Assembly: GCA_044440125.1 (NCBI GenBank)
Contig: JBITAJ010000015.1
Location: 224,001-288,000 of the forward strand
DNA from: Sedimentisphaeraceae bacterium JB056
Lineage (GTDB): Bacteria > Planctomycetota > Phycisphaerae > Sedimentisphaerales > Sedimentisphaeraceae
Reading direction: 5' to 3'
Length of the DNA stretch: 64,000 nucleotides
Notes under the pieces: generated by a model
Database searches by the model: none
Seen by the model: only the letters and a program-made list of their open reading frames with translations
What the model was told of the DNA's origin: nothing
In this document: positions 39,384 to 48,552 of the stretch, piece by piece
How positions within the stretch are numbered: the first letter of the stretch is position 1
Layout: every line of letters starts with the position of its first letter
Translations under genes and position numbers: made by a program

Positions 39384-39926
39384 TTAGTATTCTATACCTT
39401 TTCTTGCGTGAATTCCTTTCTCAAAAGGATGCTTCACGGCTTTGATTTCCGAAACAAGATCAGCCATATCGATCAATGAGCTTTTCGCCTCACGGCCTGT
39501 CATAACGATTTCAACTGCTTTGTCACGGCAGTCTATTATCCTCTTTATATCTTTAGTCGAAGCGAGCGACTGACTGTGACAATAAACCAGCTCATCAAGT
39601 ATTATAACATTATATTCTTTTTTTTCAGCCATTTGGGCTATTTCGGCGAGAGTTTTTTTGACAAGCTCCTTGGTTTCTTTCTTTATGCAGGCATCACTGT
39701 GTGATTTTCTCATATTCCATTCGATGCCAAGAGCTCTTATCTCAATATCAAGACCGCATTTTTCTACGGCCCTTCGCTCACTCAGCTCAAGCGATTCGGG
39801 TTTGAGGAACTGATAGATCAACACCTTGTTGTCATCGCCTGCAGCCCTGAAAGCAAGCCCGAATGCTGCGGTTGTCTTGCCTTTTCCCTCACCAGTATAT
39901 ATCTGTACTAAACCATTCTTAATCAT
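39384..39926 (-). CDS. cobO: Cob(I)yrinic acid a,c-diamide adenosyltransferase
   Basis: YTGEGKGKTTAAFG, QFLK, ILDE, TGR, ADLVSE, KHPF..G..AR.GIEY. Confidence 0.92.
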   Translation of the reverse strand: MIKNGLVQIYTGEGKGKTTAAFGLAFRAAGDDNKVLIYQFLKPESLELSERRAVEKCGLDIEIRALGIEWNMRKSHSDACIKKETKELVKKTLAEIAQMAEKKEYNVIILDELVYCHSQSLASTKDIKRIIDCRDKAVEIVMTGREAKSSLIDMADLVSEIKAVKHPFEKGIHARKGIEY

Positions 39927-41309
39927 TTATCTTGTGTCTTCCCTGCATATATTCTGGACAGTGTCTCTAAAGATGTCGCCTCTTTGCTGGAAGTTGTCAA
40001 ACATATCGTAGCTTGCGCATGCCGGTGACATAAGGACGACATCACCGTTTTCACTGAGTTCATTTGCCTTGTTTATTGCTCCGATGAACGTATCTTCTTT
40101 GTATATATCGCATTTGCCGTTGCCGTTTTTTATAGCTTCGGCTATTTTGTCAGCGGTTACACCTATAAGTATCGCTGCCTTGGCTTTTCGTGCGGCAGTA
40201 ATTCCCATTTCATCAAAGGGCAGTTTTTTGTCGTATCCGCCGGCAATAAGTATGACTGGCTCCTCGAATGCCTCAAGGCCGACTATGGTGCTTGGAGGTG
40301 TTGTAGAGATCGAATCATTATACCATTTTACGCCATTGGCCTGAGCTACAAATTCCAGTCTGTGCGGCAGTCCCTTAAAGCTCTTTACAGCTTGTGCTAT
40401 TGTTTCAGTTTCAACCCCGTAAGTCTTTGATATTGCCATTGCCGCCGCGAGATTGCTCAAATTAGCTTCTCCGGGAAGTGGAAATCCTTTCTTGACATTT
40501 TCAGGAACATCACCTGCATGAAACTTTATACATTGACGGTTGTTCTCTGAGTTGTATTTTTCAAACCATCCGCTTGTTATTTCATCTTCACCATTAAATA
40601 TTGATACGGCAGGTTTGCCGCCATCAATATTCTGGTATGAGAAGAGGCTCTCTTTTGCCTGACAATAAGCTTCAAATGTACCGTGCCTATCGAGGTGGTT
40701 GGGCGTCAAGTTGGTTATCGCCGCGGTTTCCGGTGCCAGATTTTCTGCAGCAAGCTGTTCGGCCTGAAAACTTGAAATTTCCAATACAACAAGATCTTCA
40801 GGTTTTACTGAGCCCAGTTCTGTCAGCAGTGGCATATTCCCTATATTGCCGCCAAGCCATACTTTGCCAAATTTAACGTCCGCATTTTTCGATGCAAAAT
40901 CCAGAAGGTGCCATGTCAGCTTTGTTGTGGTGCTTTTGCCGTTGGCTCCTGTTATCCCGATGATCTCTGCGGCGCAGTTATCCATAAATATAGCTATCTG
41001 GGATGTTATTGCGACACCGTTTTGGCGTGCTTTTTCGAGAAAAGGGTTGTCGGGGCGTACTGCTGGGTTGGCTATTATGATGTCAGAATCGGTAAAGTCC
41101 GTCTCTTCGTGTCTGCCGAGTCTGAACTCAATATTTGTGATTCCCCTAAGCTCATTTACGGCATCGATCAGCTTTTTTTCATCCGCCATATCAGTGACGA
41201 TAACCTTTTGGGCTATTGAAGATGCGAACTTAGCACAGTCGAGGCCGCCGCCGAATTTGCCTAATCCCATTATAAGGATATTTTTACCTTTAAGCTTTTC
41301 TAATTTCAT
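39927..41309 (-). CDS. murD: UDP-N-acetylmuramoyl-L-alanine--D-glutamate ligase
   Basis: ITGANGKSTT, GGNIG, EISSFQ, NHLDRH, HRLE, NDS, AGG.DK, SPACASYDMF.NF..RG. Confidence 0.95.
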   Translation of the reverse strand: MKLEKLKGKNILIMGLGKFGGGLDCAKFASSIAQKVIVTDMADEKKLIDAVNELRGITNIEFRLGRHEETDFTDSDIIIANPAVRPDNPFLEKARQNGVAITSQIAIFMDNCAAEIIGITGANGKSTTTKLTWHLLDFASKNADVKFGKVWLGGNIGNMPLLTELGSVKPEDLVVLEISSFQAEQLAAENLAPETAAITNLTPNHLDRHGTFEAYCQAKESLFSYQNIDGGKPAVSIFNGEDEITSGWFEKYNSENNRQCIKFHAGDVPENVKKGFPLPGEANLSNLAAAMAISKTYGVETETIAQAVKSFKGLPHRLEFVAQANGVKWYNDSISTTPPSTIVGLEAFEEPVILIAGGYDKKLPFDEMGITAARKAKAAILIGVTADKIAEAIKNGNGKCDIYKEDTFIGAINKANELSENGDVVLMSPACASYDMFDNFQQRGDIFRDTVQNICREDTR

Positions 41310-41322
41310 ATTGCTCTGCCAT

Positions 41323-41360
41323 AAAATACAGCCGATAACGCTTTAACGCTACCGGCTGTA
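41323..41360 (-). terminator. Intrinsic terminator between pyrF and murD
   Basis: Minus strand TACAGCCGGTAGCG-ttaaag-CGTTATCGGCTGTA followed by TTTT. Confidence 0.65.
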
Positions 41361-41391
41361 ATATTATTTCCAATGTGAGGTAATCGCGTGA

Positions 41392-42327
41392 TTACTTCTG
41401 CATAGCGTTGTTTAGTATGTTGTTAGCGTCTATAGCCGCCTGTTCAATACATTTTTCCCAGTTGTCGCCAAACTGCTCTGTGTATTCTTCTTTCTCGTAA
41501 GCATAGATAATGCCGCGTGAAGAGTTTATGAGAGCACCTGTACCATCACTCTTGCAGAATCTTACGCAGTCATCTGCCTGTCCGCCCTGTGAACCGAATC
41601 CCGGTACAAGGAACCATACGTTAGGATAACGCATGCGGAGGCTCGCTGTATGCTCAGGAGTAGTGCCGCCGACAACCATTCCGATGTTGCTGTAGCCTGA
41701 CTCACCGATTCTTCTTGGCTGGCTTGCAATTTCGTTTGTGATTTCAGCCAGTATCTGATACATTGCTACGCCTTCTTTTGTTACCGCGTCCTGCAGACGG
41801 GCTGCAGAAGGGTTGCTTGCACGTACCCATACGAATATGCCGTTATTGGCATCGCTTGCTGCATCAGCGAAAGGCAGTATGCCGTCAGCACCTGCAAAGC
41901 CGTTGATTGTTATAGCATCAGGAGCTATAACATTAAGACTCTTGAATTTCGGGTCGCGAAGATGAGCATCAGCGTATGCAAGGCAGGTATGCCCGATATC
42001 GCCACGTTTAACATCACCTACAACTTCCAATCCGAGTGAATCTGCTTCAGCGATTAGGCTGTAGTATGCTTCTACACCTTCCCAGAGGTATTTTTCAAAA
42101 TACGCGATATTGAATTTAACCGCCGGTACGTGAGGGGCTACAGCTTTGAGTGTTCTTGTGCAGAACTCAATCGTAGCATCAATAACAGCTTCAATATCAT
42201 TATTTGAGCCGTAACGCTTCTTGATTTCCTCAGGAAGCCTGCTATATACAGGGTCCAAGCCCACAACGAGAGGGCTGTTTTTTGCTTTAACGGCATCGTA
42301 AAGACGATCACCAAAATGTTTTGCCAT
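41392..42327 (-). CDS. pyrF: Orotidine-5'-phosphate decarboxylase (subfamily 2)
   Basis: VGLDP, DVKRGDIG.T, VVG.T, LVPG.G.QGG, NSSR.I. Confidence 0.93.
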   Translation of the reverse strand: MAKHFGDRLYDAVKAKNSPLVVGLDPVYSRLPEEIKKRYGSNNDIEAVIDATIEFCTRTLKAVAPHVPAVKFNIAYFEKYLWEGVEAYYSLIAEADSLGLEVVGDVKRGDIGHTCLAYADAHLRDPKFKSLNVIAPDAITINGFAGADGILPFADAASDANNGIFVWVRASNPSAARLQDAVTKEGVAMYQILAEITNEIASQPRRIGESGYSNIGMVVGGTTPEHTASLRMRYPNVWFLVPGFGSQGGQADDCVRFCKSDGTGALINSSRGIIYAYEKEEYTEQFGDNWEKCIEQAAIDANNILNNAMQK

Positions 42328-42562
42328 AATATCTTATTCCTGAAAATATGAAATTATTCTGATTTTAATTGCCAAAAGTCTAAACTATAGTCGTTTGAAT
42401 CGATATTACAAGTTTTATCCTTTGATGTTGGGTAAAATTATGCTAATTTAATTATGTAGGCTCTGACAAAAGTCAAAAAAAGCGATATTTGCTGTCAAAA
42501 CCTTGAAAATCATTGAAAATGAAGTATATGGTTTTAGCGTGAGGGGTTCAGGAGGTCTTTTA

Positions 42563-43066
42563 ATGAGTACCAAAAATGATTATGAAGAGGCATTTAGTCT
42601 GTGGCTTGAAGAAAATAACTATAATTTCAGGCATGTCAAACAGTCTGAAAGGCTCAAAATAGGTGAAAAAAGCGTCAAGTCATTTGATTATGTGGTTGAT
42701 AACAATGGTAAAGTTTGTGTTGTAGAGTTGAAAGGTCGTGTTTTTAAGGGGGATTCCTTTGCATCGCTATCGGGCCTTCAGAACTGGGTTACCTGCGATG
42801 ATGTTGAGAGTCTTGGCGGCTGGCAGTGTATTGAGGGGGTTGACAGGGCTTTATTGGTTTTCGCTTACCGTTCTCAGAATATTGATGTTGACACTGACGG
42901 CAACGACAGTATTGAGTATAACGGCAAAGTTTATGTGTTTATTGCCATACATGTAAACAAGTACAGATCATTCATGAAGAGAAGAAGCAGGCGTTGGAAT
43001 ACGGTTGATCTGCATGCTTCGGATTTTAGAAATAGCATAATTGAATTGAAAAAGGCCTTTTACTAA
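42563..43066 (+). CDS. HYExAFE-family protein (putative PD-(D/E)XK fold)
   Basis: N-terminal NDYEEAF, KSFDYVV, VELKGR, LQNWVT.DD..L..W, MK.RS..W.TV. ATG follows AGGAGG. Confidence 0.75.
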   Translation: MSTKNDYEEAFSLWLEENNYNFRHVKQSERLKIGEKSVKSFDYVVDNNGKVCVVELKGRVFKGDSFASLSGLQNWVTCDDVESLGGWQCIEGVDRALLVFAYRSQNIDVDTDGNDSIEYNGKVYVFIAIHVNKYRSFMKRRSRRWNTVDLHASDFRNSIIELKKAFY

Positions 43067-43079
43067 AAGTTTTTGCAGA

Positions 43080-43107
43080 TTGACAAAGGTCTGATTTTTG
43101 GTAAACT
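43080..43107 (+). promoter_or_regulatory. Sigma70-like promoter for histidine kinase
   Basis: TTGACA-N16-TAAACT with an extended TG. Confidence 0.55.
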
Positions 43108-43176
43108 TAACATTGGATTGATTAGCTTGCGGAACCTCCTGAAATTTCCCATAGCCTTTGAAAGTTAAATTGTATA

Positions 43177-44916
43177 ATGTCACTTGGAACTAAAATAATA
43201 CTTCTGTTTGCTTCTTTTCTTGTACTGCATTCGCTGTTCAGTTTCGGCCTGCGTAAAGTAATTGAGGAGCCTACATACATTGAAACAGAAGAAAAAATGA
43301 TGCACAGAGAGCTTGAATGGTTTTCAAACCTGCTTGACTCTGAAGCATATGAAATCGGGCTCCTTTGTAAGAGTTTTTCTAAGCATAAAGGCCTATATGA
43401 TTACATGACCAGCGGAAGCAATGAACTTATCAAGGCTGAGCTTGAAGGAAGTATGTGTAATTCGCTCGAAGTCAATATTCTTGTTATGCTGGATGCTGAT
43501 AATAATGTTGTGTACTCGTATATTACGGATGAGGATTTTAATACACCTGTTAAGATAGACGGCTTCAGTGCGGAGCAATGGGCCGGCGGACATCCTTTAT
43601 TGGGATTTGAAGGTGGAGATGATCTTAAGACAGGTCTTATGAAGGTTCGTGAGAATGTAGTCATAGTTGCTTCATGTCCTATATCTGCTCCGGAGGATGC
43701 CTCAAATATAGTGGGAACATTAGTTTTTGGTAAACTTTTAAGCGGCAAATATCTTGAAAAACTTGCCAGTATTCATGGTATATCTATAGATGTAGTCTCT
43801 GTTGCTGATGCGGGTTTTCGCGAGGGAGAAACTATAACGGAGAATTATTTCTACATGGAAAAAGCAGGAGAGGGCAAATATAAGACGCTGCTTGCTGTAA
43901 ATAATGTTGCCGGTAAGCCGTCGCTTGCCATAAAAGCGAATATATCCTCAGACATAGCCTCTAAAAGCCGCAGGGCAAAACGTATAGCACTTGTATCCGA
44001 GCTTGGATTCGCTCTTGCAGCGGTTATGATAATGCTTTATCTGATTTACAACATAATGGGAAAAAGGCTTGAAAGGCTTATAGATCATATCATAGGGATC
44101 CGCCATAGCGGTGTACTTGTAAAGATGGTTCAGGAGTCAAGCGGTGATGAGATAGATTTGCTTGGTTATGAGTTTAACCAGATGGTTGCGAGGCTCCAGC
44201 GGGATATTGAACTTCGCATGCAGGTTGAGACTGAACTTAAGCGTTCGCTCACCGAACTTGAACGTTTTGCAGATGTGGCATCGCACGACTTGCAGGAGCC
44301 CTTGAGGTCGGTGGCAAGCTGCCTTCAGTTGCTTGAGCTGCAGTACAAAGAGAATATAGATGATCAGGGTAAGCAGCTTATAGAGTATGCTGTTCAAGGC
44401 TCGCGCAGGATGAAGACGCTTATCAAAGCATTGCTGGCCTACTCAAACATTGGCAATACCGGTCTTGAGATAGCAAAATGCGATTGTAATCAAATCATTA
44501 AAGAAGCGGTTGATGAGCTTAAAAAAGAAATTGATGATGTTGAGGCTGAAGTTATATGCGATAATCTTCCTGTAATTCAGGCCGATAAATTCAGACTGCT
44601 GCTGATGTTCACTAATATAATTGATAATGCGTTGAAATATTCAGTTCCGGGAAGAAAGCCTTTGATTCGCGTAAATTGCGAAAAAGTTGATAATTCATGG
44701 CGTTTTTCAATCTCTGACAATGGTATTGGTATAGATAAAGACTATTACCAGCAGATCTTCGTAGCTTTCAAAAGGCTGCACACTCAGGAGGAGCATGAAG
44801 GAAGCGGCATCGGCCTTGCGATTTGCCGCAGAATTGTTGAACAGCACGGCGGTAGAATATGGGTTAAATCAGAACCTGGCAAAGGTTCCACTTTCTATTT
44901 CTCAATACCCGAATAA
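43177..44916 (+). CDS. Sensor histidine kinase (CHASE4-like periplasmic domain, HAMP, HisKA, HATPase)
   Basis: Two TM helices, DEI..L...FN.M, ASHDLQEPLR, N.I.NALKY, DNGIG, GSGIGLAI, GSTF. Confidence 0.92.
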   Translation: MSLGTKIILLFASFLVLHSLFSFGLRKVIEEPTYIETEEKMMHRELEWFSNLLDSEAYEIGLLCKSFSKHKGLYDYMTSGSNELIKAELEGSMCNSLEVNILVMLDADNNVVYSYITDEDFNTPVKIDGFSAEQWAGGHPLLGFEGGDDLKTGLMKVRENVVIVASCPISAPEDASNIVGTLVFGKLLSGKYLEKLASIHGISIDVVSVADAGFREGETITENYFYMEKAGEGKYKTLLAVNNVAGKPSLAIKANISSDIASKSRRAKRIALVSELGFALAAVMIMLYLIYNIMGKRLERLIDHIIGIRHSGVLVKMVQESSGDEIDLLGYEFNQMVARLQRDIELRMQVETELKRSLTELERFADVASHDLQEPLRSVASCLQLLELQYKENIDDQGKQLIEYAVQGSRRMKTLIKALLAYSNIGNTGLEIAKCDCNQIIKEAVDELKKEIDDVEAEVICDNLPVIQADKFRLLLMFTNIIDNALKYSVPGRKPLIRVNCEKVDNSWRFSISDNGIGIDKDYYQQIFVAFKRLHTQEEHEGSGIGLAICRRIVEQHGGRIWVKSEPGKGSTFYFSIPE

Positions 44917-44919
44917 TTA

Positions 44920-44958
44920 ATTGAGCCGGTCAGAGTTGTTTATTCCAACCGGCTCAAT
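44920..44958. terminator. Hairpin between convergent genes
   Basis: ATTGAGCCGGT-N17-ACCGGCTCAAT. Confidence 0.65.
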
Positions 44959-44967
44959 ATTTATAGT

Positions 44968-46110
44968 CTATTTTTCCTTTTCAGCTTCCCATTTTTTCTG
45001 AAGCTCTGCTATCTCGTCAAGACGTTCCATTATGTTCAGGTGTTGTGTGCAGGCATCCTCACATCTATGGCATTTGATGCAGTCTTTGGCATCTGCATGC
45101 CTGTCGACAAGAATTCCCCAGTTGTAATGATGCTCCATTGCCTTGAGCATTGCCTCTTCATCTTTGTTTTCAAAGAGCTTTTCGTTGTACATCTGAAGAT
45201 AACGGGCAATTGGTATATGTTTTGGGCATTCTTTCAGGCAGTAGCCGCAGCCGGTGCAGAGAGAATCCATGTTCTGGCTGACACTGTTTTTGATTCGATC
45301 TATTTCTTGAGCAGTGAAAGGTGATGCATTGTCTGCCGCTTTGCAGGCTGTGTCAATATGATCTGTTGTTGTGAAGCCATTGAGTGTTACAGTGATCTGA
45401 GGGCAGCTAACGCAGAATCGAAGAGCCGCTTCTGTTGGTGTTTCCTCTTTTTCAGTGAGAAATCCGAGATTGACTTCATTCTGCGGAATTGCTCCTCCTG
45501 CAAGAGGATTCATTGCCACTACGCCGTAGCCGCTGTCGTAAGCACTTTGTACGGCTTGCCAGCGGAAGGGGAAGTTCAGGACGTTGACTCCCAAGAGCAC
45601 GCCTTCAAATCTTCCTTCGTCAAGTATACCCTTCAATTCGTTACCCTGAAGATGCGATGAAATAGTGAGATGTTTTATCATACCACGCTCTTTGCATTCC
45701 AGCAATCCTTCGTAAAAGCCTCCATCAACTATCGCTTCTTCATAGTGACCGCGTTTACGAATGCACCATGTATAGAAAAAGTCAATATAGTCTGTTTTCA
45801 GTCTTCTAAGAGATTTTTCGACAGCTTCTATCGCTTCTTGCTTTGTTGGTGCACGGAAGGGCATGCATTTTGTGCATACATAGAAATCTTCACGTTTGCT
45901 CTTGTTTCTATCGACAAATATGCCGAAAATGTCTTCGCTCTGGTCTTCACAGTATCCGGGAGCGGTATCTAAAAAGTTTATACCGTTATCGTATGCATAC
46001 TGAATAATATCTGCGTTTTTCTCCTGACCTATGCTGAGGTCAAAACGCATACCTCCAAAACCAACGGCTGATACTTTATGACCTGTATTTCCGTATTCCT
46101 TATAAATCAT
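44968..46110 (-). CDS. Aldo/keto reductase with C-terminal 4Fe-4S dicluster
   Basis: GFGGMRF, DTAPGY, MNPLAGG; CTGCGYC...CP and CIKCHRCE..C.Q. Confidence 0.9.
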   Translation of the reverse strand: MIYKEYGNTGHKVSAVGFGGMRFDLSIGQEKNADIIQYAYDNGINFLDTAPGYCEDQSEDIFGIFVDRNKSKREDFYVCTKCMPFRAPTKQEAIEAVEKSLRRLKTDYIDFFYTWCIRKRGHYEEAIVDGGFYEGLLECKERGMIKHLTISSHLQGNELKGILDEGRFEGVLLGVNVLNFPFRWQAVQSAYDSGYGVVAMNPLAGGAIPQNEVNLGFLTEKEETPTEAALRFCVSCPQITVTLNGFTTTDHIDTACKAADNASPFTAQEIDRIKNSVSQNMDSLCTGCGYCLKECPKHIPIARYLQMYNEKLFENKDEEAMLKAMEHHYNWGILVDRHADAKDCIKCHRCEDACTQHLNIMERLDEIAELQKKWEAEKEK

Positions 46111-46134
46111 TTTTGCTCCTGTTGTAAGTTAGAA

Positions 46135-47139
46135 TTATTGCTTTGGCTGCATGTTTAGATGTTCGTATGCCGCAGGGGTTACTTCTCTACCCCGTTTGGT
46201 TCGTCTCAGAAAGCCTGTTTGCAGCAAATATGGTTCTACGACATCCTCAAGGGTGTCTCTTTCCTCGCCAAGAGTAGCGGCTACTGCCTCTATGCCAGCC
46301 GGACCTCCTTCGTATACATTGATAAGTGCCTTGAGGAAAGAGCGGTCCAATTCATCAAGCCCCAAGTGGTCGATTCGCTCCATATCCAGGGACGCTTCCA
46401 CTATTTCTGTGGTAAGCTTGCCTGTACCTTTGACTTGAGCATAGTCACGTACCCTTTTGAGTAGTCTGTTAGCTATTCGCGGTGTACTCCTTGATCTTGA
46501 CGCAATCAGTTTCAGAGCATCCTGGTTACATTCCAGTTCGAGAAGTCTGGCAGAGCGGCTTACTATTTTGGTCAGCTCTTCGATTGTATAATACTCAAGA
46601 TGATAGAGCATGCCGAATCTGCTTCTAAGAGGAGAGCTTAAGAGTCCTGCTCGTGTCGTTGCTCCTATTAGCGTGAATCTTTTCAAGGGAAAGTTTATTG
46701 TTTTGGCATGAAGCCCGCTGTCTACCGTGAAGTCGACTTTAAAGTCTTCCATTGCCGGATAGATGAACTCTTCTACTGAAGCGTTCAAGCGGTGTATCTC
46801 GTCAATGAACAGGATGTCACCGGTGCTTATGTTGCTAAGCATGCCCATAACATCTCCCTGTTTTGCAAGGGCGGGGCCGGAAGTAACTCTCAGAGCCGCG
46901 TTCATCTCTGAGGCTATTACGTTTGCGAGAGTTGTTTTACCAAGTCCGGGAGGCCCGTAGAACAGTATGTGTTCCAGCGGTTCGTCACGGCCTTTGGCTG
47001 CTTGTATGGCTATCGAGAGTTTTTGCTTGACGTTTTCCTGGCCGACGCATTCATCAAGACTCTGAGGACGAAGAGCGAGATTAAAGTTCTCTTCATTTGA
47101 GCCGGTCGATTCTGCGCCTAATACTCTTTGTACAGCCAT
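46135..47139 (-). CDS. ruvB: Holliday junction helicase RuvB
   Basis: LRP, GPPGLGKTT, FIDEIHR, GATTRAG, EPYL.Q.GF..RT.RGR. Confidence 0.97.
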   Translation of the reverse strand: MAVQRVLGAESTGSNEENFNLALRPQSLDECVGQENVKQKLSIAIQAAKGRDEPLEHILFYGPPGLGKTTLANVIASEMNAALRVTSGPALAKQGDVMGMLSNISTGDILFIDEIHRLNASVEEFIYPAMEDFKVDFTVDSGLHAKTINFPLKRFTLIGATTRAGLLSSPLRSRFGMLYHLEYYTIEELTKIVSRSARLLELECNQDALKLIASRSRSTPRIANRLLKRVRDYAQVKGTGKLTTEIVEASLDMERIDHLGLDELDRSFLKALINVYEGGPAGIEAVAATLGEERDTLEDVVEPYLLQTGFLRRTKRGREVTPAAYEHLNMQPKQ

Positions 47140-47165
47140 GATAAAAATCCGTTCTTTATATTTTC

Positions 47166-47600
47166 TTAAACATCCAGACCGTCAATAGTAACGTCTCTGC
47201 TGCTTTGACCTGTATGTTCAATCGTTACATTTATTGTTTCAACGCCCTTTAATGCATCCTGTACCCTGTTTGCCCATTCGACCAGTACAACAGAGCCGGG
47301 GGTGCACATGTCATCAAATCCAAGATTCTCGAAATCTCTGCTTGTATCGAGTCTGTAAGCATCGATATGGTACAGATCAAGCCTGCCGTCAAGGTATTCT
47401 TTGACCAGTACAAATGTAGGGCTGCATACAAGATTAGTGTCATCGCTTTCTGCAACTCCTTTAACGATACCTTTTATAAGGTGTGTCTTGCCTGCTCCTA
47501 AGTTACCGTTTATAGCGAATACTTCGCCGCCTTTAAGCTTCTGGCCTATTTTGACACCCAGTGCTATTGTATCTTCTACACTATTTGATACTATTTTCAT
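47166..47600 (-). CDS. tsaE: tRNA threonylcarbamoyladenosine biosynthesis ATPase
   Basis: GNLGAGKT, SPTF, H.D.YRL, VEW. Confidence 0.95.
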   Translation of the reverse strand: MKIVSNSVEDTIALGVKIGQKLKGGEVFAINGNLGAGKTHLIKGIVKGVAESDDTNLVCSPTFVLVKEYLDGRLDLYHIDAYRLDTSRDFENLGFDDMCTPGSVVLVEWANRVQDALKGVETINVTIEHTGQSSRDVTIDGLDV

Positions 47601-47601
47601 T

Positions 47602-48525
47602 TTAGTCCTTCATATGATCAAAACCTGACGGTTTTATGTTTTCTAATTTACCGCTTTTAAGTTTGATTGTCAACCCCTGCCTGGTAATTGTTCCTATACG
47701 GCTTATCGGAGTTTCCATGTTCCAGTTTGTCTTCAGATTCTCATAGTCGGCAGGGCTTAACGTGAAGAGTAATTCAAAATCCTCTCCATCGTTTAGTGCT
47801 GCCTGCAGTGGATTATTTTTCTGCATGGCTGCGCTGGATATCGGAATAAGCTTTTCTTCGAGTTCCGCACCGACATTGCTCAGTCTTGTAAGATGAGTCA
47901 AATCAGTACTTATGCCGTCACTTATATCCATCATGGCAGTTGGCTTGGCAATTCTTGCTATCTCCAGTGCTTCACGTACTCGAGGGACAAAGCAGATATG
48001 CTTTCCTTCCAAAGAGCCGCCAAGAAAACCAGTGACGCATACTGCATCACCTATCTGGGCAGTACTTCGTCTGACCGGTTCTGTCTTTGCCGGTTTGGAG
48101 AGCATGGTAATATTGACTGCGAGCTTACCTTCTGGGATGCTCCAGCTTGTTATGTCACCGCCTATAAGTTTGCATCCGAACATGTCTCCGCTTTTGATTA
48201 TTCCCGAATGAAGCTTTTTAAGATCATTACTGCTGAAATCAAGCGGAAGGGCGACCGCTGCGACCGCTGCAAAAGGTATTGTTGCCATTGAAGCACAATC
48301 GCTCAGACTTGCTGCCATTGATTTATAGCCTATATCTTCAAGCGAATGGATATTGGTATCGAAATGTGTGCCGTCAAGCAGCATATCGGTAGTGATAAGA
48401 GCGCTGTCAAGACCGCCGAATCGCATCTGGGCCATGTCATCCCCTATGCCAATAGGAAAATCTACAGGATCAAGATCACTCTTTTGGGCAAAATAACCCG
48501 TTATTTTTGATTCTTTTGTGTCCAA
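47602..48525 (-). CDS. thiL: Thiamine-monophosphate kinase
   Basis: GIGDD, HF, SD.A.M, GGD, DISDG, GEDFELL. Confidence 0.93.
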   Translation of the reverse strand: MDTKESKITGYFAQKSDLDPVDFPIGIGDDMAQMRFGGLDSALITTDMLLDGTHFDTNIHSLEDIGYKSMAASLSDCASMATIPFAAVAAVALPLDFSSNDLKKLHSGIIKSGDMFGCKLIGGDITSWSIPEGKLAVNITMLSKPAKTEPVRRSTAQIGDAVCVTGFLGGSLEGKHICFVPRVREALEIARIAKPTAMMDISDGISTDLTHLTRLSNVGAELEEKLIPISSAAMQKNNPLQAALNDGEDFELLFTLSPADYENLKTNWNMETPISRIGTITRQGLTIKLKSGKLENIKPSGFDHMKD

Positions 48526-48552
48526 ATTCTACCTGTTTGATATTTTGCTGAT

